Positions 47,147-57,365 of a DNA stretch of 64,000 nucleotides are shown one piece after another. The notes below the pieces were generated by a model. It saw nothing but the letters and a program-made list of their open reading frames with translations, was not told where the DNA came from and searched no databases. Both the position numbers and the translations under genes were made by a program. The DNA is taken from NCBI GenBank assembly GCA_963810875.1, contig CAWEPD010000006.1, positions 260,078 through 324,077 of the forward strand. Direction: 5' to 3'. Each line of letters opens with the position of its first letter. The stretch's first letter is position 1. This DNA is from an uncultured Gaiellaceae bacterium (GTDB taxonomy: Bacteria; Actinomycetota; Thermoleophilia; Gaiellales; Gaiellaceae).

Positions 47147-47859
47147 CGCATCAGCATCCCGCCGTTGACGTCGAGCGTCGCGCCGGTGACGAACCCGGCC
47201 GCCTCCGAGGCGAGGTAGGCGACCGCGGCCGCCACCTCGTCCCCGCGGCCGAGCCTGCCGACGGGGATCGTCTGCACCATCGCCTCGAGCTGCTCGGGCG
47301 GCACGAGCGCGACCATCGGCCCGTCGATCGCGGCCGGCGCGACCGCGTTCACCGTCACCCCGGAGCCGGCGAGCGCCGTGGCGGCGTGCCGCGTCAGCGC
47401 GACGATCGCCGCCTTCGAGGTCGCGTAGTGGACTCCCGTCGCGGAGGAGCCGCGCTGGCCGGCGACCGAGGCGAGGTTGACGATCCGGCCTGAGCCGCGG
47501 TCGCGCATCCGGGCGCCGACGACACGGCAGCCGAGGTACGTGCCGCGGAGGTTGGTCGCGAGGACGTCGTCCCACTCGTCGAGGTCGAGCTCCCAGAACG
47601 AGCCGAACTCCGTGCGCGCAGCGTTGTTGACGAGCACGTCGGCCTCCGCGGTCTCCGCGAGCAGCCGCTCCCAGGACTCGAGCCGGCGAACGTCGAGCTC
47701 GGCCGCTGCGGCGCCCGAGCCGAGCTCCGCCGCGAGCTCCTCGACCCCGGCGAGATTCACGTCGGCGAGGACGACTCGGTCGCCGTCCGCGTGGAGCCGC
47801 CGCGCGATCGCCTCGCCGAGCCCGCGGGCGGCGCCGGTGACGATCGCGGTCCGCGGCAT
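47143..47859 (-). CDS. SDR family oxidoreductase (FabG-like)
   Basis: 238 aa with TGAARGLG, NNAA and the catalytic YATSK motif. Confidence 0.88.
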   Translation of the reverse strand: MPRTAIVTGAARGLGEAIARRLHADGDRVVLADVNLAGVEELAAELGSGAAAAELDVRRLESWERLLAETAEADVLVNNAARTEFGSFWELDLDEWDDVLATNLRGTYLGCRVVGARMRDRGSGRIVNLASVAGQRGSSATGVHYATSKAAIVALTRHAATALAGSGVTVNAVAPAAIDGPMVALVPPEQLEAMVQTIPVGRLGRGDEVAAAVAYLASEAAGFVTGATLDVNGGMLMR

Positions 47860-48914
47860 CTACTCGACCTCGACGTGGATCCGCTGCTTGGCCGTGCGCA
47901 GCGGCCCGCCCTCGCGACCGGCCCGCGCCGCCAGCGCCTCCGCGAGGATCGAGACGGCGGTTTCCTCGTTCGAGTCGGCCCCGATGTCGAGCCCGCACGG
48001 GCCGGCGATCCGGGCCAGGGCGTCCTCCTCGATCCCGGCTTCGAGCAGCCGCTCGCGGCGGCGCTCCTGGTTTCGGCGCGAGCCGAGCGCGCCGATGTAG
48101 AACGCCTCGCTCGCGAGCGCGGCCTTCAGCGCCGGGACGTCGAACTTGTCGTCGTGGGTGAGCACCACGACCGCCGTCGCGTGGTCGAGCCCGATCCTGG
48201 CGAACGCCTCCTCGGGCCACTCGACGATCAGCTCGTCGGCGCTCGGGATCCGCTCGGCGGTCGCGAACTTGCCGCGCGCGTCGGCGACGATCGTCGTCCA
48301 GCCGAGCAGCTTCGCCGCCCGGCAGAGCGACTCGGCGGTGTCGACGGCGCCGTAGACGACGAGTCGTGGCGGCGGCCCGTAGACCTCGCAGAAGACGCGG
48401 CCGCCCGGAAGATCGAGCAGCCGGTTGCGACCGCGCCGCAGGAGCTCGCCGGTGTGCGAGGCCAGCTCGGGAGGCGCGTCGCCGAGCGTCTCGCCGCTCT
48501 CGAGCGCGAGGAGCTTTGCGCCCGCCCGGTCGCCGTCGAGCGCCGTGAAGAGGATCGCCCGCTCGCCGCTCGTACGGAGCTCGAGCAGCCGCTCGAGCAG
48601 CGTCACGGCAACCGCTCGACGAAGACGTCGATCTCGCCGCCGCACGGGAGGCCGACGGCCCAGGCCTCGTCGTCCGTGATCCCATAGGAGACGAGCTTCG
48701 GCTCGCCGCTCGCCAGCACCTCGCGCGCGTGCTCGTAGACGTCGCTCTCGACACAGCCGCCCGAGACGGAGCCGCAGAGCTTCCCGCTCTCCGAGACGGC
48801 CAGGCTCGAGCCCACCGGCCGAGGCGCCGAGCGCCGCGTCGCGACGACGGTCGCGACGACGATGCGCTCGCCTTCGCCCCGCCAGCGCTCGAGCTCCGGA
48901 AGGATCTCCTTCAC
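47860..48914 (-). pseudogene. XdhC/CoxI family accessory protein; N- and C-domains in different frames (frameshift, or a genuine split)
   Basis: The XdhC_CoxI N-domain (MKEILPELERWRG...GGCVESDV...IDVFVERLP*) ends at 48603. The Rossmann-like C-domain (AVAVTLLERLLEL...LVVYGAVDTAESL...) overlaps it in another frame. The junction is near 48610. Confidence 0.7.
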
Positions 48915-48967
48915 GCCTCGGATTCTGCCTGCTCCCCGGATTCGGTCGCGTTGTAGCCTCAGCGGCG

Positions 48968-49171
48968 ATGAGCGATCAAGCGAGTGTGAGCCTGCTCCGT
49001 TGGCTGCGCCGGCAGCTGCGGGAGCCGACGCCCTGGCGCGAGCGCCTCGAGGCCGCGGTCGCGAACGACGATCCCGTCGAGGCTCGGCGCCTGCTCGCCC
49101 GGATGGAGTTCACCGACGCCCAGCGGAGCCATGTCTCCGGGCTGCTCGACCGCTGGGAAGAGGGCCGTTGA
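48968..49171 (+). CDS. small hypothetical protein (67 aa)
   Basis: The ORF starts at an ATG and has a G/C-rich third position. Its stop overlaps the TTG start of the next gene (TTGA). Confidence 0.45.
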   Translation: MSDQASVSLLRWLRRQLREPTPWRERLEAAVANDDPVEARRLLARMEFTDAQRSHVSGLLDRWEEGR

Positions 49172-49563
49172 GCCGCGAGGCGAACGAAGCGCTCGTCCGG
49201 CGGATCTTCGAGGCCTTCGCGCTGAAGCAGGGGTTCGCGCTGCGCGAGTGCTTCGCGGAGGACGCGATCTGGCACGTCCCGGGCTCGAGCGCGATGGCCG
49301 GCACCTACCGGGGCCGGACCGAGATCTTCGGCTTCCTCGGCAACCTCCCGAAGCAGACGGGCGGCACCTACAGCTCGCGGCTGATCGACGTCCTCGCGAG
49401 CGGCGACCGGGCCGCCGCGCTCTATCGCGCCTCCGGCGAGCGCGACGGCCGCACACTCGACCTCGACCAGCTGCTCCTCTTCACGATCAGGGACGGGCTC
49501 GTGTCGGAGGTGCTGGCCCTGCCGAACGACCCGGCGACGTTCGACGAGTTCTGGGGCTCGTAG
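49168..49563 (+). CDS. SnoaL-like / NTF2-fold protein
   Basis: 131 aa reading LSREANEALVRRIFEAF...DAIWHVPGSS...DQLLLFTIRDGLVSEV. The start codon is TTG. Confidence 0.7.
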   Translation: MSREANEALVRRIFEAFALKQGFALRECFAEDAIWHVPGSSAMAGTYRGRTEIFGFLGNLPKQTGGTYSSRLIDVLASGDRAAALYRASGERDGRTLDLDQLLLFTIRDGLVSEVLALPNDPATFDEFWGS

Positions 49564-49566
49564 CGG

Positions 49567-50214
49567 TCAGCCGCGGACTGGGTTCGTGAGCGAGCCGATC
49601 CCTTCGATCTCCACTGTCACCTCGTCGCCGTCCCGGAGGTAGACCGGCGGGTCCCGGAACTCGCCGACGCCGCCCGGGGTTCCCGTGAGGAGGAGGTCGC
49701 CGGGCTCGAGGGTGATCGCCTCCGAGGCGAACGCGATCAGCTCCGCGACCGAGAAGACCATGTCCGCGGTCGTCGAGTCCTGGCGCACCTCGCCGTTCAC
49801 GAGGCAGCGGATCCGGAGCGCCTGCGGATCGGGCACCTCGGCAGCCGGCACGAGCTCGGGCCCGACGGGGCAGAAGGTGTCGAGCGACTTCGCGCGCGTG
49901 AACTGACGATCGGCGCGCTGCAGGTCACGGGCGCTGACGTCGTTCGCGCAGAGGTAGCCGCGCACCGCCTCGAGCGCGTTCTCCACCGAGACCGCCTTCA
50001 CGCGAGCGCCGAGGACGACGCCGAGCTCGGCCTCGTGGTCGACCGCGTGGGAGATCGACGGGAGCACGATCGCCTCGCCGGGGCCGATCAGCGACGTCGC
50101 CCACTTGGCGAAGAGCACGGGCCGCTCCGACGGGGCCCTCCCCTGCTCCTCGGCGTGCGCGTGGTAGTTCAGGCCGACGCAGACGATCTTGCCGGGCCGG
50201 TCGATCGGGAGCAC
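49567..50214 (-). CDS. fumarylacetoacetate hydrolase (FAH) family protein
   Basis: The 215-aa protein starts at GTG 50214 (VLPIDRPGKIVCVGLNYHAHAEE) and carries HEAELGVVLG and GDLLLTGTPGGVG segments. Confidence 0.85.
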   Translation of the reverse strand: MLPIDRPGKIVCVGLNYHAHAEEQGRAPSERPVLFAKWATSLIGPGEAIVLPSISHAVDHEAELGVVLGARVKAVSVENALEAVRGYLCANDVSARDLQRADRQFTRAKSLDTFCPVGPELVPAAEVPDPQALRIRCLVNGEVRQDSTTADMVFSVAELIAFASEAITLEPGDLLLTGTPGGVGEFRDPPVYLRDGDEVTVEIEGIGSLTNPVRG

Positions 50215-50222
50215 GTTCGAGC

Positions 50223-51522
50223 CTACTGGCGCTCGCGCTCGACGTGCCGGTGCGACTCGTCGAACACGATCTCGAGCCGCTGGATCCGCGAGCCTTCGAT
50301 GTCGACGACGCGGAGGACGAGCCCGTCGGTCGTGACCTCGTCCCCGACCTCGGGCGCGCGGCCGAGCCGCCCGAAGACGAAGCCGGCCATCGTGTGGAAG
50401 TCCTCGATCTCGATCTCGCTGCCGAACTGCTCGTTGAAGTCGTCGATCGGGAAGGTGCCGTCGATCCGGATGTGGGTGTCGTCGATCCGCTCCACCGACT
50501 CGTCCGGAAGGTCGAACTCGTCCTCGATCTCGCCGACGATCTCCTCGAGCAGGTCCTCGAGCGTGACGATCCCCTGCATCGCGCCGTACTCGTCGATCAC
50601 GACGGCCATGTGCTGGTTCTGCTTGCGGAACTCGGCGAGCAGCGCGGCGAGATCCTTCGTCTCGGGGACGATGTAGACCGGCCGGAGCAGGTGCTCGAGC
50701 TCGACGAGCTCGATGTCCGCGGTCGTGCAGGGCCGTGAAGAGATCGCGGACGTGGAGCACGCCGATGATCTGGTCGAGCGAGTCCCGGTAGACCGGATAG
50801 CGGGTGTACGGCGACTCGAGCAGCGCCGCGAGGGCGGCTTCCGCGGGCAGGTCGGCCTTGATCGCGACGACCTGCGGCCGCGGGACCATCACCTCGTGGA
50901 CCTCCTTGTCCGCGAAGTCGAAGACCTTGTAGAGCATCTCCTCCTCGGTCGTCGCGATCACGCCCGCGTCCTCGGCCCCGGCGACGATGTGGCGGATGTC
51001 CTCCTCGGTGTGCGCGAGCTCGCCGGCCGCGGCGGGCCGGACGCCGAAGAGGCGGGTGACGGCATTGGCCGAGATCTGGAGCAGGTAGACGAACGGCGTC
51101 GTCACCGTCTGGAGCAGCGAGAGCGGGAGCGAGAGCAGCTTGGCGAGCGGCTCGGCCCGCTGGAGCGCGACCGCCTTCGGCACGAGCTCGCCCAGCGTGA
51201 CGCTCAGGTAGGTGAGGATCAGGAAGGCGAGCGCGTACGCGAGGCCGTTCGACATCACCGGGTTGAAGTAGCCGGACAGCAACGGCTGCCCGACGGCGCC
51301 GAGGGCGATCCCGAACACGGTGATCCCGATCTGGACGGTGCTGATGAACCGGACGGGGTTGTCCATCAGCGTCAGCGCGCGTCGCGCCGACGTGCTGCCG
51401 CGCTCCGCCTCCGGCTCGAGCCGCGTCCTCCGCGCGGTCACGAGCGCGTACTCGGCCGCGACGAAGATCGCGTTGCCGAGGATCAGCGCGAAGATCGCCG
51501 CGATCCGCGCCGCGTCGCTCAT
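50223..51522 (-). pseudogene. CNNM/TlyC-type (DUF21-CBS-CorC_HlyC) membrane protein, one frameshift as assembled
   Basis: The DUF21 domain and first CBS domain are in one frame up to ...VLHVRDLFTALHDRG. IELVELEHLLRPVYIVPETKDL...MAVVIDEYGAMQGIVTLEDLLEEIVGEI continues in another frame. The break is near 50715. Confidence 0.85.
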
Positions 51523-51591
51523 GCCGACGCTCCACTTCGACGTGGCGGGGGGCGGAGCGAGGAGACCCCGATCAGAGCCGGGGCGCCGGTA

Positions 51592-52557
51592 CTAGGCGGA
51601 AGCTCGTCGTCCAAGCTGGCGCGCAGTATAGGCAACGCCCCCGTCGTCCTCGTGGCGGGCGGCCCGGTCCTCGCGGACGAGCCGCTCGAGATGGGAGAGC
51701 GTCTCGGCGACCGCGAATCGGCGCGAGACCGGCTTCAGGTTCGCCCCGAAGAGCTCGAAGGAGAGGTCGAAGCCGGTGCGCGGCGCGTCGGTCAGCGCCG
51801 CCTCGGCGACCTCGAGCCGCTCGCGGTGGTGCTCGATCAGCTCGTGGGCGCGGCCGACCGGGTCGACGATCGGCTCCCCGTGACCGGGAAGCGCCAGCCG
51901 CGGCGCCAGCTCGATCGTCCGCTCGAGCGAGCGGATGTAGTCGCCGAGCGGATCCGGCCGGCTCTCCGGCCACAGCCCCACGGTCGGGGTGATCCGGCCG
52001 AGGAGGTGGTCCGCCGAGACGAGCACGCCGTCCTTGAGCAGGCAGAGCTGCCCGTCCGCGTGCCCGGGCGCGTCGACGAGCTCCCAGCCGTCGAGCCGCT
52101 CGCCGTCCGCGACGAGCACGGGATCGGGCTGGTAGCGGATGAACGGCGCGTAGTTCGCGCCCGACTGGATCAGCTCCTCGGCGATCGGACGCGGCACCCC
52201 GTGCGTCAGGAACCAGTCGGCGATCCGCTGCGGCCACCCGGGATTGCTCCAGACCATCCGGGTCTGGGCGTAGTCGAGCTCTCCCTGGTGCACCGGGGCG
52301 CCGGTGAGCGTGGCCACGTCGGCGGCGGCTCCGATGTGGTCGGGGTGGAAATGGGTGACGAGGATCCGCACCACCTCGTGTCCGTCGAGCTCGCCCGCCC
52401 ACCACTCCGAGACGTCCGGGAGCCCGATCCCGGTGTCGACGAGCGTCCAGCCGTCCGCTCCGGGCAGGAGGTACGCGTGCACGTGCCCCGGGCGCGTCGG
52501 CAGCGGGCAGGTGATGCGGCGGATGCCGCCCGGGAGCTCGTCCATCGGCCTATCCAA
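51592..52557 (-). CDS. MBL-fold metallo-hydrolase
   Basis: 321 aa with [10 protein letters not shown] (HxHxDH) and a downstream PGHADG segment. Confidence 0.85.
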   Translation of the reverse strand: MDRPMDELPGGIRRITCPLPTRPGHVHAYLLPGADGWTLVDTGIGLPDVSEWWAGELDGHEVVRILVTHFHPDHIGAAADVATLTGAPVHQGELDYAQTRMVWSNPGWPQRIADWFLTHGVPRPIAEELIQSGANYAPFIRYQPDPVLVADGERLDGWELVDAPGHADGQLCLLKDGVLVSADHLLGRITPTVGLWPESRPDPLGDYIRSLERTIELAPRLALPGHGEPIVDPVGRAHELIEHHRERLEVAEAALTDAPRTGFDLSFELFGANLKPVSRRFAVAETLSHLERLVREDRAARHEDDGGVAYTARQLGRRASA

Positions 52558-52801
52558 CAGGCTGACTCGGACCTCGGCGCAGGCGCGCCGCGAGGCCGGC
52601 GGCCGAGACGAGCGCCCAGACGCCCTCGAGCAGGAGAAAGCCCCACTGCTCCTCGAGGTAGGCGTCGACGGCGAGGACGGAGGCGCCGACGAGGTTCGCG
52701 GTCAGGTAGCGCAACGAGCCGACGTCGAGCACACGCAGCTGCGCGAGCAGGAAGGCGAGGAGGATGAGCACCGCACCGGCGATCTGGACGACCGAGCCCA
52801 C
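52550..52801 (-). CDS. small membrane protein (83 aa)
   Basis: It starts at GTG 52801 and has three hydrophobic segments ([47 protein letters not shown]). It occupies the tail of a long off-frame track ORF. Confidence 0.5.
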   Translation of the reverse strand: MGSVVQIAGAVLILLAFLLAQLRVLDVGSLRYLTANLVGASVLAVDAYLEEQWGFLLLEGVWALVSAAGLAARLRRGPSQPVG

Positions 52802-52846
52802 GCGAAGCAGCCTAGCGGTGGCGAACGTGTGTTCTATACTGCGGCG

Positions 52847-53743
52847 ATGCGGGTCGAGTACCGCGAGGAGCCGTGCCGGAGCGCGCTGAACCGGGTCAAG
52901 GGGATGCCGTTCGAGTGGTCGCTGAACCCGTACATGGGCTGCGCCCACCGCTGCACGTTCTGTTACGTCCGCGGGTTCGAGCTGCGCGCGGAACGGCCCT
53001 CGGACGACCGCTACGGGCGCTCGATCAGGGTGAAGACGAACGTCGCGCAGGTGCTCGCGCGGGAGCTCGCACGACGCTCCTGGCGCGGCGAGGGGATCGC
53101 GATCGGCGCCGCCACCGACCCCTACCAGCCGTGCGAAGGCCGCTTCCGGCTCACCCGCGGCTGCCTCGAGGTGCTCGCCGCGGCGGCCAACCGCTTCTCG
53201 CTGATCACGCGCGGGCCGATGGTCGTCCGTGATCTCGACGTGCTCCAGGAGGCGTCCATCCGCGCGGAGGTCTCGATCATGTTCTCGGTCCCGACGCTCG
53301 ACGACGAGGTCTGGCGGACGACGGAGCCGGGAACCGCTCCGCCGCGCCAGCGCTTGCGGGCGCTGAAGGAGCTCGTCGAGGGCGGCGTGCGGGCGAGCGT
53401 CGGGATGGCGCCGGTCCTGCCGGGTCTCTCCGACCGGCCGGAGCAACTCGCGGAGGTGGTCAAGGCCGCGCGCGAGGCCGGGGCGACGAGCATCTGGGCG
53501 AACCTCCTCTACCTCAAGCCGGGAACGCGGGAGCACTTCCTCCAGGCGCTCTCGCGGGACTGGCCGGAGGAGCTCGGACGCTACGAGCGGCTCTACGAGG
53601 GCCGCGCCTACCTCCCGGGGGCGGAGACGCAGCCCGTGCGCGAGCGCGTGCGGTCGCTCGCCGCCGAGTACGGCATTCGAGACCGGCGCCCCGTCCTGCC
53701 GGCACCGCCGCCGCAGCCGGAACAGCTCCGACTGGCCGTCTGA
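52847..53743 (+). CDS. radical SAM protein (Rv2578c / SplB-like family)
   Basis: The 298-aa protein starts [12 protein letters not shown] and has the CxxxCxxC cluster motif [10 protein letters not shown]. Confidence 0.8.
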   Translation: MRVEYREEPCRSALNRVKGMPFEWSLNPYMGCAHRCTFCYVRGFELRAERPSDDRYGRSIRVKTNVAQVLARELARRSWRGEGIAIGAATDPYQPCEGRFRLTRGCLEVLAAAANRFSLITRGPMVVRDLDVLQEASIRAEVSIMFSVPTLDDEVWRTTEPGTAPPRQRLRALKELVEGGVRASVGMAPVLPGLSDRPEQLAEVVKAAREAGATSIWANLLYLKPGTREHFLQALSRDWPEELGRYERLYEGRAYLPGAETQPVRERVRSLAAEYGIRDRRPVLPAPPPQPEQLRLAV

Positions 53744-53777
53744 GCGCCCGCCGGGCCGCGCACTAGAATCCCCAGCC

Positions 53778-54401
53778 ATGCCCGACGAGATCACCTGCCT
53801 GATCGTCGACGACCACGAGGTCGTACGGGAGGGGCTGCGGCTCTCGCTCTCGCGCGCGCCGCACATCCGCGTGATCGGGGAGGCCTCCGACGGAGCGGCC
53901 GCGGTGGCGCTCGTCGAGCGTCGGCGGCCGAAGGTCGTGATCATGGACGTGCGGATGCCCGGGATGGACGGGCTCGAGGCGACGAAGCAGATCTCGGCAA
54001 GCGTGCCCGGCACCGCCGTGCTCATCTTCACCGCTTACAGCGAGCGCTCCCTGCTCAGCCGCGGGCTCGAGTCGGGCGCCAAGGGCTACATCCTCAAGGA
54101 GGCTCCGCACTCGACGCTCCTGCGGGCGATCGAGAAGGTCGCGGGTGGCGAGAGCTTCGTCGATCCGGCGCTGATGCCGTCGTTCCTCACGGGCAAGGAG
54201 CAGAACGAGATGCTGACCGCGCGCGAGCGCGAGATCCTGCAGCTCCTCGCCGACGGGATGTCGAACGCCGACGTCGCCGCCAAGCTCTTCATCAGCCAGG
54301 AGACGGTGAAGAGCCACGTGCGCCACATCCTCGCGAAGCTCGAGGCCGACACCCGCACGCATGCTGTCGCGATCGCGCTTCGCGACGCGATCATCGACTG
54401 A
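53778..54401 (+). CDS. NarL/LuxR-family response regulator
   Basis: The receiver domain has [18 protein letters not shown] and KGYILK segments. The LuxR HTH region reads [36 protein letters not shown]. Confidence 0.92.
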   Translation: MPDEITCLIVDDHEVVREGLRLSLSRAPHIRVIGEASDGAAAVALVERRRPKVVIMDVRMPGMDGLEATKQISASVPGTAVLIFTAYSERSLLSRGLESGAKGYILKEAPHSTLLRAIEKVAGGESFVDPALMPSFLTGKEQNEMLTAREREILQLLADGMSNADVAAKLFISQETVKSHVRHILAKLEADTRTHAVAIALRDAIID

Positions 54402-54406
54402 GTCCT

Positions 54407-55198
54407 ATGGACCCAGAGCTCGCAGTCTGGATCACCCTGATCGTGGTGCTGGTGGCCGGGGCCGCCGCGTTCTACCTGATCCGCACCGAGCGGCTCCGCG
54501 ACGAGGCGGTCAAGCTCGAGAACGCGCGCCTGCTCGCCGAGGCCGTCGAGCGCGAGGCGGAGCGAAGCCGCCTGGCCGATCGGATCATCACCGCCGAGCA
54601 GGACGAGCGGCGCCGGCTCGCGCTCTTCCTCCACGACGGGCCCGTCCAGAACCTCGCCGGGATCGCGCTGATGCTCGACGCGGCCGTGCACGCGATCGAG
54701 GACGAGCGAGGCCCCGACGCCCGCGGGATCATCGGCAGCGCGCTCGAGAAGCACCGCGAGACGATCCGGTCGCTCCGGGATCTCTCCTTCAACATCGAGC
54801 CGGTCGTGCTCCGCGACCAGGGGCTCGGGGCGGCCGTGCGCGAGCTCGCGAACCAGCTCGGGCTCGAGCACGAGGTGCAGATCGTGGTCGACGTCGAGGA
54901 GGCGGAGCAGCTCGGCGAGAAGGAGCAGGTCGGTCTCTACCAGATCATCCGCGAGTCCCTCAACCAGGCGCTGCTCCGGGGGCCCCCGACGAGGATCTCG
55001 GTGACGGCCCGGGCGACACGCGGCGGCGGGCTCGAGGCGGTGATCTCCGACAACGGCAAGGGCGAGCGGCGCCTCCGGACGCTCGGCGCGATCGAGGAGC
55101 GCGTCGCGACGCTGAACGGCCGCTTCTCGGTCGAGCAGGGCGCCGACGGCGGCACCGCCCTCCACGTGCTCCTCCCGGCCTACGCGACCGGCACCTAG
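54407..55198 (+). CDS. sensor histidine kinase (HisKA_3 + HATPase_c), single TM helix, no sensory domain
   Basis: TM helix VWITLIVVLVAGAAAFYLI, H-box ERRRLALFLHDGPVQNL, N-box IIRESLNQA and G-box ISDNGKG. Length is 263 aa. Confidence 0.85.
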   Translation: MDPELAVWITLIVVLVAGAAAFYLIRTERLRDEAVKLENARLLAEAVEREAERSRLADRIITAEQDERRRLALFLHDGPVQNLAGIALMLDAAVHAIEDERGPDARGIIGSALEKHRETIRSLRDLSFNIEPVVLRDQGLGAAVRELANQLGLEHEVQIVVDVEEAEQLGEKEQVGLYQIIRESLNQALLRGPPTRISVTARATRGGGLEAVISDNGKGERRLRTLGAIEERVATLNGRFSVEQGADGGTALHVLLPAYATGT

Positions 55199-55228
55199 CG
55201 CTCTCCGCGGCGACGCCCGCGGCGCCGG

Positions 55229-56281
55229 TCAGGTGCCGACGGCGGACTCGGCGGCGCGGCGGCCGAAGACGAGCGCCGCCGCGAGGCCGCTGCCGTAGCC
55301 GCCGGTGAAGATCCCGCCGGCGTCGGCGCCGGCCGCGTAGAGGCCGTCGACCGGCGAGCCGTCCTCGCGGAGGACGCGCGCGTGCTCGTCGATCCGGAGC
55401 CCGCCGGTCGTGTGCGTGACCGCCGCCCGCACGCGGATCGCGAGGAACGGCGGCTCGAGGAGCTTCGGCGACTGCGGCAGCTCGAACGGCAGCTCCTCGG
55501 CCGGCCGGACGTCCCCGCCCACGGCCCGCGCGACCTCGACGAGCTCGGCAACCGTCCGCTCGCGCACGCGCCGGCGCAGTGCGCGCGCATCGACGACGTA
55601 CCACGCCGCCGGCACCGGGAGCCGCGCGGTCGCCTGGACGAGGTCGGTCTCGGACCACGACGGCTCGCCCGGGAAGAACTCTCGTCCCTCGTCGTCGAGC
55701 ACGAGCGCAAAGGCGCCGTACAGCTGCGCGGCCGGGACGAACAGCTCCTCCGGCACCGCGACGGGGAGGTTGCGCCCGTAGAACTCGTCCATCCCGCGGG
55801 AGAGGTCGGCGCCGCGGGCCAGCCCGTAGGCGAGCCCGTCGCCCTCGCTCCAGGGTGCGGCGCGGAGCAGAAGGCCGCGCTCCCGGGCCATGCGAGCCCC
55901 GAAGCCGCCCGTCGCGAGCACGTCCGCCTCCTCGAACGGCTGCCGCAGACGGATCTCACCGGCGGCGCGCACGAGCGCCTCGGTCAGCCGTCGCGGGTCG
56001 AAGCGACGGCCGACCGTCCTGGGATTGCCCGTCGCCCGATCGGAGACCTCCGCACCGAGCGACTCGAGCCAGTCCAGACCGGCGTCGAGCTCCTCGACGA
56101 TGCGCCGCTGAAGCGTCGGCTCACCGCCCGGGCACTCCGCTCGGAACGCCTCGAGCGTGCGGTGGCGCCAGATCACGCCGCTCGAGAGCAGCATCGAGCC
56201 CCCGGCGCGATCCCCCTTCTCGAAGACGACGGCGCTCGCCCCGAGCTCGCGGGCCCGAGCCGCGACGACGAGCCCGGCCAT
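55229..56281 (-). CDS. FAD-binding oxidoreductase (FAD_binding_2 / fumarate reductase flavoprotein-like); true start probably upstream of the first ATG
   Basis: The C-terminal signature [13 protein letters not shown] is present. The dinucleotide-binding motif [15 protein letters not shown] straddles the first ATG at 56281. No ATG, GTG or TTG lies upstream in frame as far as I traced it (about 56420). Confidence 0.7.
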   Translation of the reverse strand: MAGLVVAARARELGASAVVFEKGDRAGGSMLLSSGVIWRHRTLEAFRAECPGGEPTLQRRIVEELDAGLDWLESLGAEVSDRATGNPRTVGRRFDPRRLTEALVRAAGEIRLRQPFEEADVLATGGFGARMARERGLLLRAAPWSEGDGLAYGLARGADLSRGMDEFYGRNLPVAVPEELFVPAAQLYGAFALVLDDEGREFFPGEPSWSETDLVQATARLPVPAAWYVVDARALRRRVRERTVAELVEVARAVGGDVRPAEELPFELPQSPKLLEPPFLAIRVRAAVTHTTGGLRIDEHARVLREDGSPVDGLYAAGADAGGIFTGGYGSGLAAALVFGRRAAESAVGT

Positions 56282-56307
56282 CCCCGCGCCCGCGATCCGG
56301 AGCGAGC

Positions 56308-56946
56308 TCAGCTCAGCGAGAACGACGCCTTGTGCTCGACGTACTCGAGCTTGACGCGATCCGGGCCCCAGACGAAGAGGGCGAGCGTGTTCTCGGCATC
56401 GACGACCTTGTCGATCTCGATGCCCAGCTCCTCCGCCCCGGCCGTCTGCTCGTCGACCGAGTCGACGAGCACGCCGATGTGGTTCAGGAGCGGCCGCTCG
56501 GAGGAGCCTGGGTCGCCCTCGTGGAGCTCGAGGAACGCTCCGCCGACCTCGACCCGGTTATCGCCGGAGGGCGCGAAGCCGAAGGTCTCCCAGGCGCGCG
56601 CGGCCGCTGCCGGATCGAGCGAGTTGAGGGCCACGTGATCGAGATCGAAGTCCGACTCGGTCGGCGCCTCGATGAGCACGATCTCGAGCCCCTCGCCGAG
56701 GTCGACCTGCGGCTCGAGCCCCTCCAGGGAGTTGACCCGCAGCCCGACCCGGCGGAGCGCGCCCTGCTCCCGAGGGCCGGCGGCGTCGAAAAGGGTCAGC
56801 TTGCCGCGGCGAGCGTCGGCGCCGAGGAGCGTGAAGGCGTCGGTGCGCTCAATCGTGCGCAACCCGAGCCGCTCGGTCGCGCGCTCCGCCATCGCATCGC
56901 GACCGGCGACCCAGAGAGCGACATGGTCGAGGCTGCGCGGCGTCAC
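56308..56946 (-). CDS. VOC (glyoxalase/bleomycin resistance/dioxygenase) family protein, two-domain
   Basis: 212 aa with repeated LDHVAL motifs at the start of each half. Confidence 0.75.
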   Translation of the reverse strand: MTPRSLDHVALWVAGRDAMAERATERLGLRTIERTDAFTLLGADARRGKLTLFDAAGPREQGALRRVGLRVNSLEGLEPQVDLGEGLEIVLIEAPTESDFDLDHVALNSLDPAAAARAWETFGFAPSGDNRVEVGGAFLELHEGDPGSSERPLLNHIGVLVDSVDEQTAGAEELGIEIDKVVDAENTLALFVWGPDRVKLEYVEHKASFSLS

Positions 56947-56967
56947 CGCGCGAGGATAGCTAGGCGG

Positions 56968-57303
56968 TTACTTCCTCCGGTCGACCGCGCGCTGCAGCTG
57001 GTCCTTGTTCATCTTCGAGCGGCCGTCGATCCCCATCCGCTTCGCCTCCTCGTAGAGCTGGTCGCGCGTGCGGCCCTTCGCGCGGCGCGTCCCGGACCGA
57101 AGCCCGCCGCGGCGGCCGGAGGAGACGTCCTCACGGGAGAGCCGCGACGACTCCCGCGCCTCGCCGGCCCGAGCCCGCTCCTTGTTCACGGTCCTGGCGG
57201 CGATCTCCTTGGCCTTCTTCTCGGACGTCCCGCGCTCCTCGAGGCTGTCCTTCACGTGCTCGTACTGGCGCTCACGCTTCGCGCTCCACGCTTGCTGCGG
57301 CAT
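56968..57303 (-). CDS. ChaB-like / Rho_N-domain small basic protein
   Basis: 111 aa. The N-terminus KRERQYEHVKDSLEERG is ChaB-like, and the C-terminus TRDQLYEEAKRMGIDGRSKMNKDQLQRAV is Rho-N/SAP-like. Confidence 0.65.
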   Translation of the reverse strand: MPQQAWSAKRERQYEHVKDSLEERGTSEKKAKEIAARTVNKERARAGEARESSRLSREDVSSGRRGGLRSGTRRAKGRTRDQLYEEAKRMGIDGRSKMNKDQLQRAVDRRK

Positions 57304-57365
57304 GCGCTCCTCCTGCTCTCTCGTGGACAGATGAGGAGCTTTCCGGCCCGGCCGGCGCTAAACCG

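Noticed and set aside
45842-48754. A 970-aa minus-strand track ORF, and the 36722..39757 plus-strand and 37793..40363 minus-strand long ORFs.
   Set aside because: Only sub-segments are real: the ADH N-terminus, and the rhamnosidase-like gene from 37910. The remainder is off-frame over neighbouring genes.
52755-52775. A third occurrence of GGATGAG (plus strand).
   Set aside because: It is a single heptamer with no 11-bp-phased partner, inside the coding region of the small membrane protein gene. It is probably a chance match.
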